Source: Cyanophora paradoxa CCMP329
Lineage: Eukaryota > Plantae > Glaucophyta
DNA: 64,000 bases
Assembly (NCBI GenBank): GCA_004431415.1
Contig: QPMI01000667.1
Location: 1 to 64,000, forward strand
Reading direction: 5' to 3'
The notes under the pieces are model-generated. The model did no database searches. It was given only the letters and a program-made list of their open reading frames with translations, and was not told the DNA's origin. The position numbers and the translations under genes are program-made. This document shows, in pieces, positions 32,901 through 43,400 of the stretch (position 1 is its first letter; each line of letters opens with the position of its first letter).

Positions 32901-35689
32901 TCAGCTATTCGATTGTATGAGAAAGTGCGGGGCGGAATGGGCGCGCTCCGCCGCGTCCGGGTCGCGGAGAAAGGCGCGGCTGGCGCCGGGGCGGGCGGCC
33001 TCGAGGAAGACGAGGAGGGGGCCCCAGGCGTCGGCCGCAGCGTACTCGACCTGCCCCGCGCTCAGCTCTCCCGCCCCCCACGCGCTGCCCCCCAGCGTCA
33101 GCGAGGGAGGGGGGGCCGAGTTCGAGGCGGGCGGCGAGGGGGCACACCTGCGGGCGTGCTCCTTGCGGAGGGGGCGGGGGAGGGCGGGGGCGAGGAGGCG
33201 GGGGAGGGCGAGGGAGGGCCCCGAGTGGCGCAGGGCGAGGGCGCGCGCCGCGAGGGGCCCCGGCTGCGTCAGCTCGCACGCCACCCCGAGCCCCTCCCGC
33301 ACCCGCCGCCCCTCCTCCCCGCTCAACACCCCGCCCTCGGCCGCCCCCGCCTCCTCCAGCACCGCCCCCAGCGCCCCGGGGGCGCCCCCCAGCGCGCACG
33401 TGCGGAACAGCGCGCAGACGTTGGGCGAGGCGACCTGCGCGGGGCGGGGCCGGCCGCCCGTGAGGGGCCGGCGGGACGCGTTGCGTGCGCGTGTGCACCT
33501 GCACGAGGGCGGTGGGGGCCGGCGGCTGGTCGCGGCCCGCCGACGGCGGCCACTCTGCGCGCTCTAAGCACAAGCGACGGGGGAGGCGGGTGGAGAGGGG
33601 GCGGAGCGGGCCACGCGGACCGAGGTCGAGGGCCAGGGCGCGGGGCAGGCCGGCCGCCGCCGCCGCCTCGAGGTCCTCCCTCAGCATGCGAACGGCCTCC
33701 TCGGGGCCGCCCGCCCGGGGCCGGCGGCGCCGTCGACGAGGAGGACGGCGCAGGCGAGGCGCAGCTCGGCATCGCCTCCACCTCCGCCTCCGTCGGCAGC
33801 TCCCGCAGGCCCGGCAGCAGCGCGAGGGACTCGTCGGGGGCGGGCGGGGGCAGGGCCGGCCCCGGGGCGAGGGCGGCGAGGCGGGCGAGCTGGCGCTGGG
33901 AGAAGAGGCGCGCGGCGGGCAGGGCCGCCAGCAGGGGCGCCAGGGCCGCCTCGCGCCAGCCCTCGCCCCCGCCCCGGGGTCCGCCCCGCCACGCGCCCCG
34001 CGAAGGTCTCCAGCAGCGAGTAGAGCCGCTGCGCCGCCGCGGGGCCCGCCGCCGCCGCCGCCGGCAGCGCCGCCCGCAGCGCCGCCGCGGCGCGCTCGGC
34101 GGCCTCGGGGCGGAGGGAAGCGGTGGCGGCGGAGCGCAGGAGGGGCCCCGCCTCCGCCTCGGCGGCCTCGAGCTCGGGGCAGGCCGGCGGGCCCGCGGCC
34201 GGGAGCTCGCCGCGGGGCCCGAGGGCGGCCAGGAGCCGCTCGAGGTGGGCGCGCTGGCGCGAGGAGAGGCCGCCGGCGCCGAGCGCGAGGCGCGCCGCCT
34301 CGAGCGCCGCCGCTCGGAGGCGCCCGTCCGCCTCGCCGCCGGCCGCGAAGGGGTCCCCGAGGGCCGCCGCGAGGGCGTACAAGGGCTCCGCGCCGGCCCC
34401 CGCGCCGGCCGCCCGGGCCGCCTCCAGCGCGCGCCCGCCGCCTCCGCGCGCGCCCCGGCGCCCTTCGCCGCCCGCAGCGCCCGCAGCGCCGCGCGGAGCG
34501 CCTCTCCCGGCCCGCCGCCGCCGGCGGCGACCGCTTTCGGACGGGCCGCCGCCGCCGCCGCGGCGCGGGCCCGGCGGAAGCTCGCGCCCATGGACATGAG
34601 CTGCGGGGGCGCGGTTGGAGGGCGCCAAGCGGGGCAGGCGCGGCGGCGGCGCGCGGCGCGCCTGCATGGCCCACTCGGAGGCGACGGTGCGCTGGAGCTG
34701 CCCGAGCGCCGGCGCCGCCCGACGGAGCAGCGCGAGGAAGGTCGCGGCGACGGCGAGCTTGCCTCCTCCCCCGCGGGGCCCGCCGCCGCCTCCCCGCCCC
34801 GCTCCGCCGCCAGCGCGAAGGCACGGGCGGCGAGGGCGAAGAGCAGCGCGCGGCAGGCCCCGCAGCAGCACGCCGGCGCCGCCAGCACGGCCGTCGCCGT
34901 CCCCTCGAGCTCCCGCAGCGGCAGCGCCCCGCACGCCGCCGGCGTGGCCCCCGCCAGCGCCGGCGAGGCGGCGGGGCAGCCGGGGACGGGCTCGGGGGGC
35001 GGGCCGGGGCGCCAGCGCCCCTCGTCGACCTCGCGGGGCAGCTGCCCGCGCTGCGGGTGATGCTTGGCGCAGTGCACGCGGCTGCAGCTGCGGTAGACGC
35101 AGCGCGTCGTCCGGAAGCAGGCCGGGTGGTAGAAGAGCTCGTTCGGGTTGCGCGCGAACGGGCACGCCGCGCCGTGCACGCACCGCATCCCCTCCCAGTT
35201 CTGCCGGCGCGCCGGGCTTGTGAGCAAAGAACCGCTGCGCGGCGCAGGCGAGGCGGAGCGGACGTAGTCGAGGCAGAAGAACGGCTCGTACTGCTGCCAG
35301 GGCCGCCTCAGCTCGTACTGCGGTGAGGGGCAGCGTCTCAGGCGCGCGAGCGTTCACGGTAAATTAGCGCGCACATCCGCGTGAGCTCCAAAGCAAACGA
35401 TCGCGGAAGGGCAACTCTTGCCCCTGCACATCGACGTCTTGAAGTTCTCGATGTACTCGTCATCGGTCGTGGTCAGCCAGGGAGGCTCGCGACCCTCCAG
35501 AAAGCGTAGCGCCCGCTCCGCGAGCGCTCGATCAGCCCTCTGAGGCTCGTCCTCCCTCTCGTCTTCATCGTCTGCCAGGTCGACCACCGCTGCAGCTGGA
35601 CCCAGCGGCGCACGGGCTTGCTCGGCACCGGCTGACGTCGGCGCCGCCAGCGCATCCGCTCGTTTCGACCCGCCGCCTTTCCACTTCAT
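32901..35689 (-). CDS. Unkempt-type CCCH zinc-finger protein fused to a C-terminal DEDDy 3'-5' exonuclease (WRN/EXD/Mut-7-like); start approximate; apparent indels in G-runs
   Basis: YIENFKTSMCRGKSC...CFGAH, ELRRP...YEPFFCLDY, CVHGAACPFARNPNELFYHPACFRTTRC...C.RVHCAKHH (Unkempt-like fingers); ALDL|EWPP, TALVQ|VAS, LRK, SAWG..LSAGQVEYAAADAW (ExoI and ExoIII). Confidence 0.78.
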
Positions 35690-35896
35690 CGTGTACAGCG
35701 CTCGCGTACAGCGCTCGCATCGCCTTCTTTCGAACTCTGTAGCCCACTCGGAGTTCTTCCCCCCTCTACTTTCTCGCGCTCCATTCTCGACAATCGGCTG
35801 CTGCAGAGCGTCCAGCACGCGCCGTGAGCGCTGCGCGCTGCGTCGGCCAGCCCGCTACCAGTCCAGCGTCGTGAGCTTCGCCTTCGTCGTAGCAAG

Positions 35897-38607
35897 ATGT
35901 TCAAGAAGAGCTTCACCGTCACCTCGCAGTCGCTCATTAGCGGCAAGGACGCCAAGAAGGTTCGCGTCCCGGCCGTCCCGCGCGATACCGCGCGTCCATC
36001 TGAGCGCGGCGCGTGCAGCTGAAGGCGTCGCTGCGGGAGAAGCTGCCTGGCGTGACCGAAGATGCCGTTAACGAGATTTTGCCCGGCAAGGGTGCGCTGC
36101 AAGTGCCGCCGCCGAAGTTGTCGGTGGGCAGCGGACTGACGCCGGGCCTCGCGAGCAGCGGACATCAATGCGGAGAAGCTGAGCAACAAGGCGATCGTAT
36201 ACGCGCACGCTGGCCAGGCGCCCGTCTGCATCGACGCGGACGGGCGCGGGGACCTCTACCCGACGGTGTACGCGCTGTGGCAGCGGCCCGACATGCTCCC
36301 GCCCATCTTCATCTGGTACCCCGTCAGCGAGTACATTCTGAACGGCGCCGGCACGCGATCCCGCCCCCCGACCGCTCTCCGCGGGAGGCCGGCCCGCGAA
36401 CGCGCGCGCTCGCAGACCTCATGCTGCCGGGCGTGGTCCAGGACGGGCACCTGCTGGCGGAGCCCTTCAAGAAGGGCCAGAAGCGCGCCGTCTTCGTCCG
36501 CGGCAACAGGCCCGCCCCCGCCCCCGCCCCCGCCCCCGCCCCCGCCGGCGCGCGCGCCGGGCTGACGTGCGGGGCAGGCACCCGATCGCGGTGGGGGAGA
36601 TGCTGGTGGACAGCGCCGGCGTGGAGAAGAACGGGTACCGGGGCAAGGGCATGCGCGTCGTCCACTTCTACCGCGACGGCGTCTGGTGCGCGCCCGCCCT
36701 CGACGGCCCCGGGGGGGGGCCGGGGAGGTGGCGTGAGGCGGGGGCGGCGGGCAGGGCGATGGGCCCGCGGACGGTGCCGAACGAGGGCTTCCTGGAGGCG
36801 CGCGTGGTGCCCGAGGCGGGCCCCTCGGAGGAGGACGACGCCGCGCACGCCGCCGCGATGGGCGCCGGCGGCGAGCACGGCGAGGAGGGCAGCGGCGGCA
36901 GCGGGGGCGAGGAGGAGGGGGCCGAGGGCGGCGACGGCGAGGCGGCCGGCAAGGGCGAGGCAGGGCCAAGGAGGAAGAGGCGGGCGCCCAGGAGGCCCCC
37001 GCCCCGCCGCTGCCTCGTCGTCGTCGGCGGCGCCGGCCGCGCCAGCCGCGGCGGCGGTGTCGGTGCGGGGGGGGGGGCGGTGGCGGGAGGCGGGGCGGGC
37101 TGAGGCGGGGGGCCCCGGCCCCGGGGCGGCGCAGGCGGAGGAGATGGACGCGCTGATGGAGACGAGCCTCCTCTTCGCCCTCAAGTTCCGCATCTCCGAG
37201 GACGGTCCGCCCGCCCCGCCCCGCCCCGCCCCCGCCCCGCTCGGGCGCTCGAGCGCTCAGCGGGGAGGCGCGGGCCAGAGCTGCCGATGAACGAGTCGAC
37301 GCTCTACTCGAAGCACGTGCTGGCGTGCCGCCCCGCGGGGACGACCATCGACGTGAAGAAGTCCTCCTACAAGAAGCTCGGCAAGTTCCTGGACGCGATG
37401 GAGAAGCGCAAGCTGCTCAAGACGAAGGACCAGCGGGGCACGACGAACGTCGTCTCGGTGAACAAGCAGCACCCGGACGTGGCGGCCTACGTCCCCAGGC
37501 ATAAGCCGGCCGACGAGGCCGAGGCGCACGCCCACGCGCACGCCGGCGGCGGCGGGGGCGGCTCGGGGGAGGGCTCGGGGGCGGGGGCCGGGGCGAGCCG
37601 GGGGGCCCCCGTGATCACGGAGATGTACGGGCAGACGACGCTGACGAAGGCGGTCTTCGCGGCGACCCCGACCGGCTCCGCCCAGCAGCACTTCACCGCC
37701 AAGGAGGCCCGGCAGGTCGCCCCCGGCCCCGCGCCCGGCCCCCGCGGTCGCCGTCCCCGGGGCGAGGCGGCGGGGCCAGGTGATGATGGAGTACCTGGAG
37801 AAGGAGAACCTGCGGAAGGCGGAGGACCGCGGCCGCGTCGTGCTCGACGGGCCCCTCTGCGACGGTGCGCCACGGCCCCCGCGCCCCTCTCCGCTCTGCG
37901 CCCATCGCTCGCTCGCGCCCGGCAGCGCTCTTCAAGGGCGACAAGATCGCCGTCGCCGACATCCCCACGCACATGCGCATGGAGGACCTCATGGAGCGGT
38001 GCCCGCCCCCTCCCCGCGCCCCCCGCGCCCCCCGCGCCTCACCCGCCGCGCCCCGCGCAGCTTCCTCCACCGCCTGCAGCCGATGTACGCCATCGCCTTC
38101 GAGGGCAGCGGCGAGCGCCCGACGCTCAAGTGCGCGCCGCCCCGCGCCCCGCCGCCCTGCCCGCGGGCTTGGAGGCGAGGGACGGGCGCAGGAAGGGGAC
38201 GGTGAAGCCGGTGCAGATCGTGACGGAGCAGCGGGGCGGGCGCAAGTACGTGACGCACGTCTCCGGCCTCGAGACCTTCGGGCTCGACCCCGAGGAGCTC
38301 TCCAAGGCGCGCCGGGCCCCCCGGGACCCCCCCGCCTGGGGCGCCGAGCGGGCGGGGCGGGGGCGGGGCGGCAGGAGTTCCAGCACCACTTCGCGTGCAG
38401 CTCGTCGACGGCGGAGCTGCCGGGCAAGTTCAACGCCAACCGCGAGGTCCTCGTCCAGGGTACCCCCTGCCCTCTGCCGGCTCCTGGCGGTACCCCCGCG
38501 CACTGGGCCGGGCAGGGCACGTGCTGAAGGAGGTGGGGGAGTATCTGCACGCCAAGTACCGCATCCCCCGCAAGTTCATCGAGGTGCAGGACAAGACCAA
38601 GAAGTGA
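35897..38607 (+). CDS. EIF2D: Eukaryotic translation initiation factor 2D (ligatin): pre-PUA/PUA, SWIB, SUI1
   Basis: MFKKSF, LYPTVYALW, LNGA|DLMLPGV, IDVKKSSYKKLGKFL, VQIVTEQRGGRKYVTHVSGLETFGLDP, EVLVQG, YRIPRKFIE. Confidence 0.93.
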
Positions 38608-38826
38608 GGCGCCCGGCCCCAGCTGGGCCCTCTAGGTCCCGTGTCAGCGGGAGTTGTTCGAATTCCTTCAATTTTGCACTCGTTCCCAGCGGAAGGACAG
38701 AGATGCGACTTCCGTGCTCTAAGCCGGCTTTCGGATCCCGAGTGCGTCGCTCAAGCCAGTGGCCAGTGGCGAGGGCATCGGCTCGAACTCCTTTGCGCGG
38801 TGGCCGGCACAGAGGAAGAGGGGGGG

Positions 38827-40101
38827 TCAGAGGGCGCGGTCGGCGCGGGAGGGGTGGCGGCGGGAGGGGTCGAGCTGCTCGTCCCAGGTGTGGACGCGGC
38901 GCCAGGAGCCGAGGGCCCCGACGTAGAGGTCGACGCGGGTGGAGGAGAGCTTGGGGCGCACCCAGGCGAGCTTGAGCCACGCCAGGTCGTACACCTCCAC
39001 GTCCACCGAGATCCGCGCCAGCGGCGCCGCGATCGCCCCTGCCCCCGCCCCGGCCCCTCAGCGGGGCAGGCGCCGGCGGGGGCGCGGGGCGCGGGGCGGG
39101 ACCGGCGATGCGGGCGGCGAAGTCGGCGCCGGCCTGGATGGGGACGGCGCGGGCGGCGCTCTCGGCGGCGCGGCGCGCCTCCTCGCGCACGTAGAAGTCG
39201 TGGAAGGTGCCGGAGGCCGGCCGCGAGAAGACCGCCCACAGGCCCGCCACCGCGCACAGGAAGCCGGCCACCTGCCCCGGCACGCTCCCCCCATCAGAGG
39301 GGGCGGGGCGGGGCGCGGGGCCGGCTCGCCTCGCGGCCGAAGAAGTCGACGAGGAGGTTGAAAGCGACGGTGAGGATGGCGCTGCCGGCGGCGAGGCCCG
39401 CCACGGGGCTCCACTGCTTCGCCGACTCCTCCACGTCCACCGCCGGCGAGCCCGAGCCCGGCGACTCCGCAGCAGCGGCCGCCGCAGCCGCCTTCGTGTG
39501 CTCCGTCGGGATGAACCCCGCGCCCCTGAGGCTCGACTGCCGCCCCGCCCCCGCGCGCGTCTGAGCCGGCGCAGGCGCGGCATCCAGCGGCAGAGCTCTC
39601 AGCGTCGCACGAAAAAGTCTGCGTGGGCGGGGTCCTGCAGAAGGGCGAGCGCCGCCGCCACCACGCCGCCTGGGCCGCCGTCAGCTTCAACGCTAGGAGG
39701 ATCACAAGCAGCGCTGCGATGCAGGCCCGCCGCCGCCGGCGGCGGCGGGTGGGCGCACCGGCGATGATGTATGCCGCACGGTACGCGGAGGAAGTCTGCG
39801 CATGCGCCGACGTCGAACTCGAGGAGCCTTCTGAACCCGACGACTCCCCATTCCTCCATCCGCCGGCCGCGGCCGCGGCCGTGGCCGCAGCGCCGCTGAA
39901 CGAGCGCCGGACGGGCGTGTGCGCCGCTTGATGCACCTGGGCTAGACATGATTTTCTCCGGCAAGTTACGTATGCAAACGGGCTCGCCGCCGCCGCACCG
40001 GCCGCCAGCATCGCAGGAGGCTGCAAGAGAGCTTGGCGTGCGGCCAGCGCCGGGGCGGCGGCGCGCAGCAGCCGTGCTGCCGTGTGCGAGCCGAGCGACA
40101 T
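38827..40101 (-). CDS. Uncharacterised membrane protein with mitochondrial-type presequence
   Basis: MSLGSHTAARLLRAAAPALAARQ..RRSFS presequence; hydrophobic segments (AGLAAGSAILTVAFNLLV; VAGFLCAVAGLWAVF); C-terminal SRPASGTFHDFY...DLAWLKLAWV...LYVGALGSW. Confidence 0.55.
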
Positions 40102-40123
40102 CGCTGTTGTAGAGAGCTGACCG

Positions 40124-40174
40124 TCACTGTTGATCTCAGTTGATCGCTGTTGATCACAGTTGATCACTGTTGAT
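40124..40174. promoter_or_regulatory. Five tandem 10-bp units TCNCWGTTGA in a divergent promoter/5' leader
   Basis: tcactgttga tctcagttga tcgctgttga tcacagttga tcactgttga between ATG 40101 (-) and ATG 40285 (+). The repeat is certain; the regulatory role is inferred. Confidence 0.55.
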
Positions 40175-40284
40175 GCTCGAACGGGGTACGCGAACAACGA
40201 AGCAGCAGTGCAAGCGCTCCTGCACTCAGGGGGACGTCTAGGGGCCGCTTCGACCATTTCCAAGCCGGTGCAGCCGCGCCGCGC

Positions 40285-42195
40285 ATGGCGCCGCCGAGCT
40301 GCAGCGCATGCGGGGGGCGGGCGGCGCTCCGGCGGCCAAAGACAGGCGACAGTCTGTGTCGAGACTGCTTCTTCGATGTGTTCGAGCGAGAGATCCACGA
40401 GACGATCGTCGAGAACCGCCTCTTCAGGCCCGGCGACCGCGTCGCCATCGCCGCGTCGGGCGGAAAGGGTGCGGGCCGCGCAAGAATACTTAGCTACGCG
40501 CTGCGCCGGCGCTCGCACCGAGCGGGTCGTTCCGGCCGCGCAGACTCGACGGTGCTGGCGCACGTCCTGACGACGCTGAACGAGCGGCACGGCTACGGCC
40601 TCGACCTCTTCCTCCTCTCCATCGACGAAGGTATCACAGGCTACCGCGACGACTCGATCGAGGCGCGCCCGCGCCCCGCGCGCGCCGCCGGCAGTCGGTC
40701 CCCGCCGACTGGTGGCCCGCACCGCAGACGGTGAAGCGCAACTCGGAGCAGTACCGCGTGCCGCTAAAGATCGTCTCGTACAAGGACCTCTACGGCTGGT
40801 CCATGGACGACATCGTCAAGGCCATCGGCCTCAAGAACAACTGTGCGCGCCCCGCGGCCGGCCCGACGGCCCGCGCCCTCGTCTCGCCTCCGAGAGCGCC
40901 GCGCGGCTCGCGCACGCAGGCACGTTCTGCGGCGTGTTCCGGAGGCAGGCGCTGGACCGCGGGGCAACGCTCATGAAGGCGGACAAGATGGCGACGGGCC
41001 ACAACGCCGACGACGTCGCCGAGACCGTCCTCATGAACAGTGTGCCGCGCACGCGTACCCCTCCCGCGCACGCCCGACGCCGGACAGTCCTGCGGGGCGA
41101 CATCGCGCGGCTGCGGCGGTGCACGAGCATCGTGACGGGCTCCGAGGGCCACCTCCCCCGCTGCAAGCCCTTCAAGTTCACCTACGAGAAGGAGATCGTC
41201 ATGTACGCTTGTTTCCTCCGCTCTTGCTTTTCTGTACCCCTGTTGGACCCTGATCCCAGGGGGGTACAGGTACGCCTATTTCAAGCGGCTCGACTACTTC
41301 AGCACGGAGGTTCTATCCTTGCAGCCCCCCCCCGTAAAGCGTACCCCCCTCCTGACGCCGGCCGCAGTGCGTGTACTCCCCGAACGCGTACCGCGGCTAC
41401 GCGCGCGAGTTCCTCAAGGACCTGGAGGCGATCCGCCCCGCCGCCATCATCGGTCCGCCTCGTACCCCGCCGGTGGCCTGTTCCGCGTGAACGCGGTACC
41501 CCCAGACGTGATCCGGTCGGGAGAGAGCTTCCAGGCGGACGAGGCGGCGCGCTCCGCCGTGCAGGGTGCGCCCCGCCCGGCCCCCTGTACCCCCGGGCCC
41601 CGGCGCCGGCTGACGGGGGTACAGGGCGGTGTGAGCGGTGCGGGTACATCGCGAGCCAGGCGCGGTGCAAGGCGTGCGTGCTGCTCGAGGGGCTCAACTC
41701 CGGCCTGCCCCGCACCGCCATCGGCACCTCCCGCAAGTACCGGTGCCCTGCTTCCGCCCACCCCCGCTCCCCCTGCCCTCAGAGCCGCGCCCCCCGAGCC
41801 GGCCTCGCGCAGCGGCGCGGCGCCAGCTACTCCGGGCGGGTGCGGGGGCGCGGGGGAGGGCGGGTGCGGCGGGGACGGGGCGTGCGGGCGGGAGGGGCGG
41901 GGGCGGGGCGTTGCCGCGGCGGCTGCAGTGGCAGGCGCGGCGGCGCGGGCGGAAGGAGGCGCGCAAGGCCGCCGCCGCCGCCGGCTGCGGCGCGGCGCCG
42001 GCGGCGGCGGAGGAGGGGGAGGCGGAGGTGGAGGAGGGGGAGGGAGCCGAAGGCGGGCTGCTGGGCCTTCTGGCGGGGGGGGAGGGGCCGGAGCCGCCCG
42101 CCCCGGCACCGGGCCCCGCCCCGGCCCCCGCCCTGGGGCCCGAGCGGAGCAGACCGGTGCCCCCGCGGGGGGCGACCTCCATACACGACTGGTAG
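40285..42195 (+). CDS. CTU1: Cytoplasmic tRNA 2-thiolation protein 1 (Ncs6/Ctu1); 3' end approximate
   Basis: CSAC..RPKTG..LCRDCF, AASGGK|[17 protein letters not shown]|[35 protein letters not shown]|[28 protein letters not shown]. Confidence 0.95.
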
Positions 42196-42363
42196 CCGCT
42201 GAGCCGCGCGGCCCTAGGCCTCCTTCCCCCTTCCCGACCTCGAAACTCGCCCCTCGCCTCCCCCCTGCCTCGGGCATCTCTATTCGCCTCCGTGCTCGAT
42301 CGCATTCGACTTCAGGATTCCGGATCCTGCCTTAGAGCTGCAATCGCCACTCAGTGTGTGGCT

Positions 42364-43091
42364 AGTCTGATATCCGCCAATTGCCAAGTTGCGCACATGC
42401 ATGCATATCATAGTATGCTCAGTCGCCCCGTGACATTAAATACACTGACATTCAGAACAATTCAAGGTCGAGGATATCGATCGGGCCGTATGGATATCAG
42501 AATATAAATTCCCTCCGAATCATCGAATCTCTAAATCTTCGATTCAAGCCTTGCAAGTTGAAGGCTTCTATCGACATCTACTACCGGCTTGAGGGCCCAG
42601 ATTGCAGCTGCAGAGCCTACAAGGCTTCGAATTCAAAGCTTAATTAAGCTTTGCCAAGTTTTGGAGCCTTCAAAGGCTTTGAAGAAAAAAATCATGAATA
42701 GAACTACAATGTTGAATGCGCGCCGTGGCGGTGCATAGACACAAGTGAACTTCGTAACACGGTAAATGTACACGTGATTTCGATACATATCTATACGTAC
42801 ACTGTGGGACGTACTACGGTAAAGAGTTGCTGAGCATGATGAGGTGTTCAAAAATACGGTAGTATCGTACTACATGATGAAACGCCACTGTGCCACCATC
42901 GGCCAGGGTGCTGTGACTGTAAATGAAAAAGGAATTAATGAACGGGATCGAAAAAGGTGGCTTGCCAGTCACTGAGTTGCCAAGTTGAGCTTATTCTACG
43001 GTAAATAGAAGCCAACATCTACTACTAGGCTAGGCTATCTAAGACCGGCCGAGGGGGAGAGAGACAACTTGGCAATTGGAATCTCAGACTC
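42364..43091. mobile_element. Putative non-autonomous DNA transposon/MITE (about 730 bp) with imperfect TIRs
   Basis: 15-bp perfect inverted core ccaattgccaagttg (42377-42391) / caacttggcaattgg (43065-43079), extended by agtctga/tcagact. Internal ttgccaagtt copies (42651, 42977) and acggta motifs. AT-rich, non-coding, no clear TSD. Confidence 0.5.
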
Positions 43092-43400
43092 TGAGAGCGC
43101 GGATTTATGAAGGAAGCATCGCGGCACACAATTGCAAGGAATTTAGTAACTCACTGAAGCATTGCCACGCGGCGGCACATTTCCAGTCATAAAACGCCTG
43201 TAGCTGGTATGGCAAGCAAGGAAGCGCTAGCCTGATCGATAGCGCAGTACGTGTACTACTAGGCTAAAGCTAGCGCTAGTGACTAAAGCAGGAAATTAGA
43301 TGAAACAGCCGAAACGAAACGCCGACGGTCGGACGCTCGCGCTGAAACGAAGCTCTAGATCTGTACAACAAAAAGGCCACGACCGGTGGCCCCGCCCAAG

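Noticed and set aside
42835-42976. Box C/D snoRNA (two atgatga motifs and a downstream ctga)
   Set aside because: No terminal stem or recognisable rRNA-antisense element, and it lies within the putative MITE.
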